A stretch of DNA of 63,448 nt, counting the filler, from Folioceros fuciformis (Eukaryota): NCBI GenBank assembly GCA_049999805.1. It is 5 parts of 5 records of this genome, joined end to end, with 100 filler letters (N's around TTAATTAATTAA, not from the genome) between each part and the next. Parts side by side here need not be neighbours in the genome. Positions count along the whole stretch, not along the records: positions 48,366 to 63,448 come from JBNGIO010006171.1; 4 more parts are not named here. One strand, written 5' to 3'. The notes beneath the pieces were generated by a model. That model searched no databases, was not told the origin of the DNA, and saw nothing but the letters and a program-made list of their open reading frames with translations. The translations under genes and the position numbers were made by a program. Within the stretch, counting starts at the first letter, position 1; each line of letters opens with the position of its first letter. Below are positions 51,271 to 63,448 of the stretch, one piece after another.

Positions 51271-52803
51271 ATGGCGACCTCCAGGCTGCGGGTTGTGGGA
51301 GCAGTGGCATTGGTAGCTATGCTCTTGGGCCTGGCCATGGATGGTGAGGCTCAGAAATTGTCAAGTCCTCCTCCGCCCCAGGCTTCTCCTCCTCCTCCTT
51401 CTCCCCCGCCGCCGCCGCCATCGCCCCCTCCTCCTCCTCCTGCTAAAGCCGGCACCTCGGACATCAGGGGCAGGGTGGGCACCGGCCTCGTCCAGCTCAC
51501 CTACGTGGTGGGCACTACCACCTACTACCTCTACACCGACGGCGGCGGCTTCGCCGGAACTTTGGACACAACCTACCCGGGCACCTGGTGGCAGATCGGC
51601 TTCGACTCCGGGCCGACCAACGCCGTCACCATCTACAGCTCCTTCGGCTACCAGTCCTACATTTCCAACAACCGCGACGTCCAGGTGCTAGACACCAGCA
51701 AGGCGTACCAGCAGCGCATCTGGTGGTACTTTTACGAGGTGATCGCCGGCACCGGCACCTTCAAGATCGGTAACGCCCTGGGCAAGCAGGTGTTATACGA
51801 GTTCTTCTCCCTCAACGGCATCTACACCCAGGACGGGGCCACCGCATTCACCATCGTGCCGTCCCCGGACCCGGTCCCTCCCCCGGGTGCCGTGGACATC
51901 CGCGACAAGGTCGGCACGGGCCCCCTCCAGCTCACCTACGTGTCGGGCACCACCACCTGGCTCGCCTACGCTACGGGCGAGGGCGTGGGCTTCACCACGA
52001 ACAAGGACCTTCCCAGCACCTGGTGGACGGTGGGCAACTTCGACGCCGGCCCGGCGCGCACCGCAGTCACCATCTACCACTCCTACACCAACGCCAACCT
52101 CTCCAACAACCGCGACATCCAGGCCGTGAACGTGAACCACAACTACGACACCCGCGTGTGGTGGTACTTCTACCCCACCAACGACACCGCCGGGACCTAC
52201 AAGATCGGCAACCTCCTCGGCAAGCAGGTGTTCAAGGAATTCCTGTCCGCCACGGGCGTGTACACCAAGGAGGGGGCCACCGCCTGGACCCTGACCGGGG
52301 TCACCTGGGCCACGCCTCCTCCGGCCGGCACGGTGGACATCCGGGACCGGGTGGGCAGGGGCCCCATCCAGCTCGCCTACGTCTCAGGCACCACCACCTG
52401 GTACGCCTACGCTGCCGGCGCCGGGGTGGCAGGCACCACGGACAAGAACTACCCGGGCACCTGGTGGCAGGCGGGCTTCGACTCCGCGGGGCCCAACCTC
52501 GTCACCTTGTTCAACTCCTACAGCGATGGCTTCCTATCCAACAACAGGGACTCTCAAGTGGTGGACACCACCAAGGTGTACGGAACGCGCATCTGGTGGT
52601 ACTTTTTCGAGACCACCCAATCCGGCCAGCCGGCCTACAAGATCGGCAACGTCCAGGACAAGCAGGTCACCAACACGTTTCTCTCCTTCAACGGCGCCTT
52701 TACTCTGGAAGGCGCCACTGCCTTCACCATTGTCACCTCCACTTGGTCTTCTCAGCATGCTCGCCTGTCCGCTCTGAGCCAGTGGGGAGCTGCAGATATT
52801 TGA
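51271..52803 (+). CDS. Uncharacterised secreted protein: signal peptide, extensin-like SPPPP stalk, three ~145-aa beta-rich repeats; 510 aa
   Basis: Hydrophobic leader and Pro-rich tract. Repeats start at 51460, 51895 and 52336 with shared DIR.RVG, QL.YV.GTTT, TWW, SNNRD.Q, R.WWYF, KIGN...KQV and GATA motifs. Very high GC3. Probable 5' UTR intron ~51173-51221. Confidence 0.9.
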   Translation: MATSRLRVVGAVALVAMLLGLAMDGEAQKLSSPPPPQASPPPPSPPPPPPSPPPPPPAKAGTSDIRGRVGTGLVQLTYVVGTTTYYLYTDGGGFAGTLDTTYPGTWWQIGFDSGPTNAVTIYSSFGYQSYISNNRDVQVLDTSKAYQQRIWWYFYEVIAGTGTFKIGNALGKQVLYEFFSLNGIYTQDGATAFTIVPSPDPVPPPGAVDIRDKVGTGPLQLTYVSGTTTWLAYATGEGVGFTTNKDLPSTWWTVGNFDAGPARTAVTIYHSYTNANLSNNRDIQAVNVNHNYDTRVWWYFYPTNDTAGTYKIGNLLGKQVFKEFLSATGVYTKEGATAWTLTGVTWATPPPAGTVDIRDRVGRGPIQLAYVSGTTTWYAYAAGAGVAGTTDKNYPGTWWQAGFDSAGPNLVTLFNSYSDGFLSNNRDSQVVDTTKVYGTRIWWYFFETTQSGQPAYKIGNVQDKQVTNTFLSFNGAFTLEGATAFTIVTSTWSSQHARLSALSQWGAADI

Positions 52804-53267
52804 GTTTCGCCTCAAATTGCTACCCCATTCTTCGTGCGTACTACCACCTCATAATGTGGCTTTGTGTAGAGCTGAAACTTCCTAGTCCCATGCAAAAACC
52901 GTCGCCTCTAGTTGGTTGGGGGAAAATCCAAATCCTAGGTGGCAACATATTCTGAGACGGGTGTCCATTTCTCCATGAATAATGGACTAAAGATCCACGC
53001 ATTGTTTGTAAGTGGATGAGGAATCTAAACTTTGGAACCTCCCTACTTGATTATACTCACATACTCCCTACATCGGTAGGCTTGGGCCTAATGGATAGTG
53101 GGTCTGCTCGATGTACCCTCGCACATCACTTCTCCTTGCATACATGTCCAAAAAGTCATCCTCTGGGGTCTCCTACACAATTCAAGCTAATGATAGCAAA
53201 CACTGCTCACTCACACGCATCATAGTGTCTTTTTGCCTAAAGGCAGCAGGGAAGTCGTGGACCACAT

Positions 53268-53372
53268 CACATAGGGAAGTTGTGGGCCACATAGGGAAGT
53301 TGTGGGCCACATAGNNNNNNNNNNGCCACATAGGGAAGTTGTGGGCCACATAGGGAAGTTGTGGGCCACATC
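53268..53372. repeat. 20-bp tandem repeat (cacatagggaagttgtgggc)
   Basis: At least four copies around a short gap. Confidence 0.8.
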
Positions 53373-53441
53373 ACACATGCCTAGAAATGGGCTGTTGCTG
53401 GAGGAGCCAAAAATGAGAAAGGAGGTTTATTGGCCATCTAG

Positions 53442-53662
53442 TGTGTACAATTAATTGTGTACAAGATAAGAGGTAGAATGTATAGTTAATTGTGTACAAG
53501 ATAAGAGTGAGAATGTAGAGTTAATTGTGTNNNNNNNNNNTGTGTACAAGATAAGAGTGAGAATGTAGAGTTAATTGTGTACAAGATTAGAGTTAGAATG
53601 TATAGTTAATTGTGTAAAAGATAAGAGTGAGAATGTACAATCAATTGTGTACAAGATTAGAG
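53442..53662. repeat. ~35-bp tandem repeat (tgtgtacaagataagagtgagaatgtagagttaat)
   Basis: About six copies around a short gap. Confidence 0.8.
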
Positions 53663-54949
53663 TCACAATGTCTTTTGACACACACCATGCCATTGCAAGC
53701 CAAAGGAGGCCGAAGGAGCAGCCCTTGATAGTGTGTCATCCATTGAAAAGACTCTGACATATTGGTTTTTGCATTTCATTTTTGGAGTACTTTGTATGTC
53801 CATTTATTTCCATAAACTTCATCCCCATGTCCATAGGATGCTATATATATATAGTGGAACGACGTCTCCATCTAAGACCTCCCATGGGCATTAGTCCACA
53901 TTTAACCTTTCCTTCGGAAGTTCTCTGTGTGCGACGAACTTACTGCACGCATCCTCCCTTTTGCATTGCCGGCCTTGAAGAAGTCAGGTTTCCATAACAC
54001 TAGCCAGCAGTTGCCTTGTAAGGTGTTATGGCATGGTGCGTTCAGTACACATCCGCGTGTTGTCTTGCACACATCCGCGTGTTGTCTTGCACACTGCGGA
54101 AGTTGGAGAGCCTAAGTATCTACCCTCGTAAGTCACAACTTGGCACAATAAGAAATGCAGAGTCACCGCGGACTAGGTAGCCACACGCGGACAAACCAAG
54201 TGGTCTTTCGTTAAGGGTGCTCAGTGTGCCATAAATAGACTAATTTTCAGCAATTTCAACCAACTTTGTCCCCGGGATTCGTTTGTGCCAACACCGTCGT
54301 CCAAATTCCTCCGCTTGAGCTGTGACGCGGAAAAGGTCACCTTCGTCGTCGCTTGCTTGTTCAGAAACTCATATCTCAAGGCAGCAGAGTTCTGGAATCA
54401 GCAGTTTGTACAACTTTCTAGATGCTCGACCCTGCGCAGCCTTTTCATCCGGGAAATGGCACAGGGCACGTAGTCTACAAGAGCCATCTAGAACTCCTCC
54501 ACCAGGGGACCAGTTTCCTCATGCCAAATACACGGCCCAATATTGGTGTAGAGTGAGTAAAGTATGTTGACACCTGCAAGCATGAGGATAAGTCCCCTGA
54601 CATTCGTGCAAGCCTGGCACTAGGCCATATCAGTGGCATGCGACTCGACCTCTGCCGCTTGGCTTCTTATCAACATGCATGCCTGCTTAGCTGTGGCAAA
54701 TGCTCAACGAAAGTCAAAGGTGACCCACGCTAGGTTTAGAGCATGAACTGACGGCGCTTGCAAGCAACATGCTAGAACATTAAACATGTACACCAGGTGA
54801 CCATGGACCAATGCCGATCAGCACTTGCCATTCCTCGAATGTATCTCCAATCCTTGTTGATGATCTCCAGGTTCCACTGTGAAGAGCAACTAGCACTCAT
54901 GCCCCTCGTGATCAGATTCCTCTCTCCTCATGCATGAACTCCTGTGCAC

Positions 54950-55790
54950 AACTCAATGGCAACAGGAGGCAGCGCTTACCTTGTACACATGGACGCAACA
55001 TGCATCCTGGCAGTCCTCGTTACTACCTTCGAGTATTTGAACTGTCGCAACATGACAATCCATCATAATGCGCAAATCTTTCATGCATGGTTGCCACTGA
55101 GGTGTCTTGTCCAGCTGCCGTCTCATCATCGGTTCCTCAACCATGAATTGCAGCACATGTCATCCGTTCGTCGCTTAGTGGACGGACTAGTCCAGCCTTG
55201 CCTACATACCTTCACTCTCAGGATGATTCTCGTCCCCATCGACAAATGTGTGCACTACTAAACCCATGTCAGTCCACCAGCTCTGACGTGGCATCTTCCT
55301 CCTTGCATCCATCTCCTTTGCTTCCTCCCACGTCTCAGCCGCTGCATAAATGTTGGACATTAGCAAAAAAAGTGCAGAATCTTTTCCATCCAGATGCACT
55401 GCAAGCTCAAAAGCCTGTCACCCAACCTCAACATTCTTCCACTTCTCGTAGGAACCTGATAGCATGAGCTACATTGCAGCAATAGGAGGAAAAAGCATGG
55501 TCTTGGTGATCTTTAGAGCCTTGCCCATATGGCCTGCACGCCCCAAAAGATCCATCATGCATCTAAATTGGTGTATGGTTGCACTGATGCCATAATCCTT
55601 CCGCATCACCTCCAAGTACTTTCATCCCTTGTCCACTAGACTAACATCACTGCACACCGTCAGCACACAAAGAAAGGTAATGAATGCCATCGGGCTGTAC
55701 ACCTTCCGGTGTCATGTTGTCAAGCAAGTTAAACACAACCCCACTCTCTCTGTGGAGGGCATATCCGCTTGTTAGTGCAACCCCAAGGCC
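54950..55790 (-). pseudogene. PLS-PPR pseudogene with DYW:WW-type domain
   Basis: ITFLCVLTVCS, CMMDLLGRAG, LMSNIYAAA, PRQSWWTDMGLVVHTFVDGDENHPES and a degenerate DLRIMMDCH, with several stops. Confidence 0.8.
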
Positions 55791-56335
55791 TTGAAATTGG
55801 ATTCACAACAGGTTGGGGGTGCAAGTTGCACCTGCCTCAATGGTGCAGGACATCACATGGGCAAATGCCCAGAGCTCTAAAGGGAGTCCTGTCCCCATTC
55901 CTACAGGAGACAGTATTTCTCTGTCCGTAGCCAAGTATGAGTTGCAGATCTCGTGTGCTATATTTTGTTCAAGAGCAGAAATGCAATTAGTTTACACCTC
56001 AGCTTGAACCAGGCAACACCGATTTTTGACCTATCTACTAGCAGCTGAGTCTCCATAAAGGTTAAGAATAATAGTTATTTATCCAGCATTACTTAATTAC
56101 ATAATCAGTAGGGCAAATAGTAAACGGGTAGATTACAATCGACACAACTAAAGGGTTCCGACTCAAAACACAACAGTCACGCACTTTCACGGCCACGGGA
56201 CACCACAACGGTTGGTCTCGTGACTATTTAAGGAGCCACACGGCTCTTCCTTAATCTATCCTCCTATTCTCTAATCTAGCTTGCCTGCTCTCTCGATCCT
56301 ACAAGCTTTACTCCACACCGTGCTGATGTAGTAAG

Positions 56336-58052
56336 TGTAGGGTTATTAAAGCCCAATGTGCTTAGACTAATGTGTTTAGTCTAAGATTAGTGTCTAGTTA
56401 AGTATCATTTGTTTAGATTAGCTTAAGCTAATCAATCTATAGGAAGCTTCTTGTGCAGCTTCCTGTGCGCTTCTTGTGAAGCTTCCTAGGGAGCTCTTTT
56501 AGAGGGTAAAAATACCCCCTTAAGCTCCCTTGCAATTTGAGAGTGTGAGACCTCTCTTTCTCCTCTCATCCTTCACCATGTGGCTCCTCTAGCGATCCTT
56601 CAACTGGTATCAGAGCTATGATTGTGGAGCAAGGGTGATGACTCTAGGTGTTGCGGACAAGATGAGGAAGGCTCGGAGTGAAGGCAGCATCGGAGTGAGC
56701 GGGGGCCGTGTGCGGCCACTCTGCTGTCCGGGGTGCAAGTGGCTGCAGCCCCGTTGTGCCACGGCAACGCAGAGCGAGAGGTCGCCACCGCACCACCCCG
56801 CAGTGCGGGGTGCTACCCAGCGAGGGGCGCTAGGGCCCTAGCCCGAGCGGGGCGCCGCCAGGCCTCCCCAGGCGCCACGGGGGCGCTAGATCCAGCCGGC
56901 GGGCACCGGATCAATCCGGCTGCGAGGCACTGGGATTAGTCCACAGGCCTGGGCCAGCTAAGATATCGGCCGCAGACGGCCAGATTTCGATCGGAGGATT
57001 TAGGCCCGTCGTGTCCGCCTGAATTGTGGACAGCCGATTCGAAACAAGGTGTGAGGATAACTTTCAGAATCTACATTACATTCCAATCATTTCTAACTAG
57101 CTTTTCGTTTGATTTGCATCGATTTTAAAAATGACGTCCTCAAAAAACGTCATGTTCAATAGCGAGAAGTTAGATGGTACTAACTTCTCGTTCTGGAAAG
57201 AACAAGTGTATAATGTTCTAGTGCAGAAGAAGCAGATCAAGCCCGTAAAGTTGCTAGGTGTAAAACCTGTTAGCATGACTCAGGATGAGTGGCAGGATCT
57301 AGATGAGCTTGCTAGATCTACCATCATGCTAACATTGTCGAAGTCGGTCTACTTCAATGTGAAAGAAAACACCACAAGTTACGAGCTATGGCAGAAGTTG
57401 TGTGACCTGTATGAGAAGCAAAGTGCGACTTCTCAGGTGTACTGGTTGAAATAGCTGGTGGACTTGAAGATAAAGGAAGGGACGAGGATGTCCGATCATC
57501 TGAATGAGTTCAATACCATTTTCAGCCGTCATCTCAAGGTATCTTGTTCCCAGATTCTGTGAGAGCTATGTTTCTGTTGGTCACATTACCAGAGAGTTAG
57601 GATACTTTCGTACAGCTCTGAGTAATTCCGCTCCTGCCAGTGGTCTTACCATTGTAAATGTAGAAGGTAGCATGTTAACAGAAGAGGTGAACAGGAAGAA
57701 TATGGAACCTTCGAAAGGTTCCAATGCCCTCATGGTGAGAGGAAGGTTCACTTCAAAGGGGAAGTACAAAAAGTGAAGTCTTTCCCGTAGCAAATCCCGT
57801 AGTCGTAACAATGTTGAGTGTTACCATTGTCACAAAAAGGGTCACATTAGAAGGGACTGCGAGAAGTTCAAGAATGACAAAGGAAAGGAGAAGAAGCAGA
57901 ACGACAACAAGGCAAGTCCGACGATCACATCTGACGAGGTGAATTTTGTTGATGATGGAGATGGTTTTATCTCTTCTTCCTTTGATTCTGCATAATTGAC
58001 AGCCATGGATAGTCACTTATTCTCTAATTGGATAATTGACTCTGGAGCATCT
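56336..58052 (+). mobile_element. Truncated Ty1/Copia: 5' LTR, PBS, GC-rich leader, gag to protease
   Basis: LTR 56336-56602 (TG...CA), PBS 56605-56616, gag from 57131 (KLDGTNFSFWK), CYHCHKKGHIRRDC, WIIDSGAS. Stops and frameshifts. Confidence 0.88.
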
Positions 58053-58275
58053 TTAGTTGGAATATAAGGCAGACCACGTAGTTCTGTATTATGTTGGTTA
58101 GCCTAACTAGATATAGTTATAAGTGTAGTTAGTTAACTGGCAGGTTAGTCAAAGGGCACACCCCTTCGTAAACTGCTACTTAAGGCCTACCTTTGTATCC
58201 ACCTAATCAATTTGCTAATAGATCATTTTCAATGCATCTGCTTCCGAGTTAGCAATTCTATCTTGGTATCAGAGC
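58053..58275 (+). mobile_element. Further Copia-type LTR with Met-tRNA PBS, truncating the previous element
   Basis: TGGTATCAGAGC at 58264-58275, preceded by a ~210-bp LTR-like stretch that starts right after the DSGAS codons. Confidence 0.6.
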
Positions 58276-58926
58276 TACGGCTCAGATGGCCTATGTTTAT
58301 TATGCCTAGAAGATTGCTTGTCCTAGAATGTCTAGGTAGCATAGTGTCTTGGCTGTGAATATGCCTATCAAAAAAAAAAAATTAGAGAAAAAAAAGGGGA
58401 ACTAAAAATATGTGGGGTCTATCCCCCATCTGGGTGCTGATCCAACCCCCCGACGTTTAATGCTGGCGTTCTGGATAGAAGACGGGCTATCAACCCCCTA
58501 TCAGCTTTCTACCGTTTTTAACGGCTTTCGTGCAGATATGAACAGACAAAACCCTGTATGATTCTTTGAAATAAAGGGAGAGGCATTTTGCCTGTCCCCC
58601 ACAATTCGTCGCGCACGACATTCCAGCCCGATCATGGCCAGAAGACGGCGCCAGACTGTTCGATCTCCCCGTCTTCTTCATGCACGATTGCCTAGGCCAA
58701 CTCGCCTTGGATCAACCCCAATTGCTGCCCATGGCTCCTCCGGAAGGTATAGCCCTCACAACTAACAACTGTTTGTTCACGACTAAATAGGTAAGCTAAG
58801 GCTTCATCCATTGAACTAGATAGTTGACAACTGACAATGGCAATTTGTGTACTGTGCAAGAAGAAAGTAAGCCTATGCCCTAAGCAAGTGACCTTCTGAA
58901 GACAGAGAAACACACACAGGTTTCAC

Positions 58927-61900
58927 CTAAATGTATGTGTAGGAAATAGGCACATGGATAGGACAGACTGGTGACACGTGTTTTTCCTTGCGCAGACAAT
59001 TGCCACTAAGACTGATGTGGATATGCAAACTCACGCAGACCCAAGATGCTGCCAGATGCTGAAAGTGTTTGCTCTTGGTCAGCCCTTTTGTAAAAATGTC
59101 TGCAGTGTTATCATGTGTGCTCACATACTCCACTTTGATTGCACCTCTCTCAGCCACATCCCTAATATAGTAGTGATACAGCTTGATGTGTTTTGTGCGT
59201 GCATGGAATCTAGGGTTAGAGACAAGTGCAATGGCACTCATATTGTCGCACATTAACTTTGTTGGTCTTGGTTGGGCTTGTTTAACAGATTCCAAGAACT
59301 GATGCTACCACTTAGCTTCTTTGCAAGCATTAGTCAATGCCTTGTGCTCCGCCTTTGTGGAAGAAAGTGCCAAGGAAGCCTGTTTCTTACAGCTCCAGCT
59401 AACAGTTCCAAAGGAGAGGATAAAACAGTAAGCTGACAAACTCCTTCTAGTGTTAGCATGCAAAGCCCAGTCAGCGTTTGCAAACGAGGTAAGCTCCATG
59501 CCCTGTCTCCCACTTGCTGAGTATTGCAAACCATAGTTAATGGTGCCCTTAAGGTATCTGTAGACANNNNNNNNNNAGTATTGCAAACCATAGTTAATGG
59601 TGCCCTTAAGGTATCTGTAGACAAGTTTAAATGCTGTCCAATGCAAACGACCAGGTTGCTTAAGAAACTGAGAAACCATGCTAACCGAGTAGCTGAAGTC
59701 AAGACGAGTCCAGTTAGCCAAAAAGATAAAGGCAGCCAACTGCCTCGGCATAAGGCACTGCGGCCATATCATCAATCTCAGCTTGACTCTGAGGTGAGTG
59801 TTCAGCAATCAGCTTTACCCCGCACTGACGAGGGAGTGGCAACAGATCTAGTGTCTTGTAGATTAAAGCGCTTGAGAATTTCTTTTAAGTACTTGGTCTA
59901 ATGTAAAGTGATCTGTCCAGCTGTCCTATCTCGCAGAATCTGCTTTTTGAGCTGTTCTATACTGTTGGTGAGGAGAACACAATCGTCTACATAAAGAGCA
60001 AGTATGACGAAGAGAGTTCCAGCAACCAGAATGAACACATTACTGTCAGCAGGAGACTGGAGAAAACCAAGAGTCTTGAGGTATTTCATTATGCGCTTAT
60101 ACCAAGCTCTAGGAGATTGCTTTAAGCCATAAATAGTCTTGAGAAGCTTGCAAACTTTATTGACTAGTTTCTTATCAACGAAACCCTCAGGTTGTTCCAT
60201 ATACAGGCTTTCCTCAAGTTCACCATGCGAGAAAGCAGTACACACGTCCATCTGTTGGACCTCAAGATTGAACTCAGCAGCAAGAGCAAGTAGGATTCTG
60301 ATCGAGGATGGGTTAACAATGGGGGAAAAAGTATCTCCATAGTCAATTCCAAGTATTTGACTAAAACCTCGAGCTACCAATCGAGACTTATATCTGGCAA
60401 CAATGCCATCAGATTTAAGTTTCGTTTTAAATACCCATTTGCAACTGATAGGTTTTCTCCCAGGTGGTAAATCCGCCAACTCCCAAAGTGGTATTCTTTA
60501 CAAGGGAGGAATATTCCTCATCAATTGACGCACGCCATTTCTCACCATCAAGGCCGTTAATGGCCTCTTCGTATGACTGGGGGTCAGGACGCACATCAGG
60601 TACATGTAGACTCGTCACATTTGCCAGTGATCTTCGAAAGTCTTCTGACTAGTAAGGTGGTTCCTCCCATTGATCCCTAGGTCTCCTTTTCCTGACAGGA
60701 TACCTTGGCTCAGGAGGGAGTGGAGCAACAGGATCCTCTTCTGCAACAGCCTGATCAGCTTCACCATCGGAGTTATGACCGGTGCCAAGGTCCTGCTCAT
60801 CAGAATGTTCTGTTAGATTGTCTTATACCCTTCCAGGCTCAGCCTCAAAGAGTCCAGGCACTGGTAATTGATGCCTGTGAAGGTCCTGTTCATGATCTTC
60901 ATCATCCTCCAGATCAGGTAAGTGATCCATCGACTCCCCGTCTGAATCTGGGTATTGACCAATAGGTGCTTGCATATGTACAGGAGCAAGTTGTTTTGGA
61001 TCAACGACGGCAACCAGGTTATCCTGTAAAGAACTTGAGTCTTCTCCTGTAGCATCAATCTCCCATCAGTGAAGTACTGGGACCCAACCTTGGTGAAGTT
61101 ATTTCATCAAAGGTCACACTCCTAGCAAGCACAACACTCAAAGATTTCGGGTCAAACAGCCTATAAGCTTTGGACACCTCAAACTATCCTAGAAAGAGAT
61201 AAGGTTTAGCCCTGTCATCTAACTTTCGTCGTCTCTGTTTAGGTATGTAAGCAAAGGCCAAGGACCCAAAAACTCTTAGATGTAACAGACTGGGTCTCTT
61301 TTTCTAGAAAACCTCACAAGGAGTTCTCCCAGGAACTGCAATAGTGAGCACTCTATTCAAGATATAAGCAATAGTGGAGACGGCTTCAGCCCAGTACTTC
61401 TTAGGTAAGCCAGCCCATCCAAGCATGCTCCTTGTCATTCCCATTAGTGTATGATTTTTAGGTTCAGCTATACCATTATGTTGCTGGGTGTATGGATCTG
61501 ACAATTGTCTAACAATGTCATTAGCCTGAAAAAGTGCATCATACTTCTGTCCAATGAATTCACCTCCATTGTCTGTTTTGAAACATTTCACCAGATGCCC
61601 GGTCTGACGTTGTACCATGGGAATCCATGCTTCAATGCAGTCGAAGGCATCACTCTTTAACTTGAGTGGAAACACCCATGTATAATGAGAAAAACCATCC
61701 ATCAAAGTAAGGTAATATTCAGCTCCTCCCAGTGATTTGACTTGTAACTTTCTAGCTATATCTGCATGGATTAGTTCAAGAACTGACTGAGCTCTTTGTG
61801 CTTGTTTATTCTTAAAAGGGAGCTCCTTCTGTTTCGACAACACACAAGAACTACAGACAGGAAGGTACTTAAAGCAGGCAGGAAGTTTTTCTCGAATCCA

Positions 61901-63250
61901 ATCAACAGACGACATCAAGTTCAGTTTCTCCTTGTTCACATGACCTAGCCTAGCATGCCACAAACTTGCCTTAGAAACTGACGAGGAAGCAAAAGTTGAG
62001 TTGAAATGTGAACAGGGGTGGAGTTTATACAAATCATTGACCAGTTCCCCTTTGGCTATACAATGTCCATACACACAACAACTGCCACGCTCGAAGGTAA
62101 AACCATAACGACCTTCTTTTGTAGCAGCCCTGACTGACAGAAGGTTCTTTGACATGGCAGGAATGAACAAGACTTCCTCCAGTAAAATGTCACCACTTCC
62201 AGACAAGGTAAGACTGACTGTACCAGATCCGTGCATTTCAAGTCCTCTATCATCCCCCACGTAAACTAACCGGGTAGTTGTATGTGGATTAAAGGACGTG
62301 AAGAGACTACGATTGTTACAGACATGAGATGTGGCACCAAAATCAATGAACCAAGAAGAGGTGGACTCCCTTGTCAAAGAGAGACAAACAGTAAGAACAG
62401 TGGAGCTGCTTTTATGAAGGGAGACCGAGCCCTTGTCCTTTGCAGCGACATGAGCTTCTGTCTGAGCATCCTTCTTAGGCTCTCCAGCTTTCTTCTTTCG
62501 ACAATCTCTCTTCCAATGCCCGGGAATCGAGCACCAATTGCAGCTGCCTGGTCGTTTGGTTGAAGAACCTGAAGCCGAACTTGAAAGAGGTAGTCTTCCC
62601 CCTTTTACTTTCCCCTTCGCAAATGGCTTTCCTTTGGCAGCAAACGCAACTTTCTCACTCTTCACTCGCTGTCCATGTCCCCCAGATCTGTGGCGGGACT
62701 TCTCTTCTTGAAAGAGGGCACCTATGAGCTCACTTAGAGTGAGCGTATGGGCATGTCCAGCAGTGACAGCAGCTACTGAAGCACGTAGGGCTGAATTCTT
62801 AGACGAGACAAAGTTCTGATAAGAAGGTGGAAGAATGGACAGCAGTTGAGCAACTGCTTCATTCTCAGTCAGCTTGCTGCCAAGAGAGGCTAACTGTGCT
62901 CTCAAGAATCGGAAGCGACTGACATGCGCTCCGACAGAGTCCCCTTCTCTCATCCTTAGTGAGTGAAATTCATTCCTTGCAGTCACAAGGGTAAGTATAT
63001 TCTGCACCTTATACGTATCTTTCAACTGATTCCAAACATTAGCTGCCGTTTCTAGGTAATCAACTTCTGTGACCATAGATTCATCCAAGCCAGAAAGAAG
63101 TATGGCATAAGCAATTTTGTTGCCCTTATACCATTTTGATTTCTCATCTGCAGTCAGCTGAACAGTTGCAGAGGCTAGGATTTTGTTGGGATTTGCCAAA
63201 GAACCATCAACGTATTCCCAAACATCTCTAGCATTGAGGAAAGCCTTCAT
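58927..63250 (-). mobile_element. Decayed Ty1/Copia gag-pol internal region
   Basis: gag, CNWCSIPGHWKRDC, WFIDFGAT, integrase (TDNGGEF), RT (KSRLVARGFSQ, LYVDD) and RNase H (ANADWA, RTKHI), split by stops and frameshifts. No LTR seen. Confidence 0.9.
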
Positions 63251-63254
63251 TCGA

Positions 63255-63448
63255 GCTCGTCAGAGTCACGATAGCCAAGAAAATTACATTTTCTAGATTT
63301 GGGTGCCAACTTGCTCCGAAATTCCTTTGGAACATGGCAGTATGCCTTGTAGCCAAACACTCGTAGATGCTTGTAAGACGACTTCTTTCCAAACCACATC
63401 TTCTCTGGAACATGTTTATCCACAACCTTACTAGGAGATTTGTTAATA
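63255..63448 (-). mobile_element. Fragment of another Copia (integrase C-terminal region)
   Basis: Frame reads LRVFGYKAYCHVPKEFRSKLAPKSRKCNFLGY and abuts the start of the gag to its left. Confidence 0.7.

Noticed and set aside
38215-52803. One defence island of F-box, Crinkler-like and lectin-like genes
   Set aside because: Two artificial spacers separate these genes, so linkage is unproven.
52023-52955. 310-aa alternative-frame ORF and similar antisense ORFs over the germin, PPR and F-box genes
   Set aside because: Shadow frames caused by high GC3 or low-complexity codons in the real CDS.

Overview
Land-plant nuclear DNA, most likely a hornwort (fern or lycophyte not excluded). The lineage call rests on a PLS-class PPR gene with a DYW:KP (KPAxA/HAEK) domain and a DYW:WW-type pseudogene. 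The window is not one locus: four artificial spacers (N44-TTAATTAATTAA-N44) join five segments (1-31992, 32093-38114, 38215-45239, 45340-48265, 48366-63448). Recognisable genes: a germin-like protein, the candidate U-to-C RNA-editing PPR, an 8-exon UNG, a 9-exon ELP3, and two F-box genes with an N-terminal Cys4 motif and long acidic inserts plus a decayed third copy. Much of the rest is transposon: several Ty1/Copia elements (one full length with non-canonical TA...TA LTR ends and an AGGGT target-site duplication, nested in a LINE ORF1), a pogo-like remnant and a foldback element. The most unusual items are an intact, intronless Crinkler-like gene (Ubl-like header + P-loop NTPase + restriction-endonuclease-like domain) and a divergent pair of genes I cannot assign to a family. 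The pair is a spliced tandem beta-barrel protein and a secreted Pro-rich protein with three ~145-aa aromatic repeats, with a 19-bp W-box minisatellite between them, and it is a candidate defence module. All calls come from reading motifs by eye; no database searches were run.
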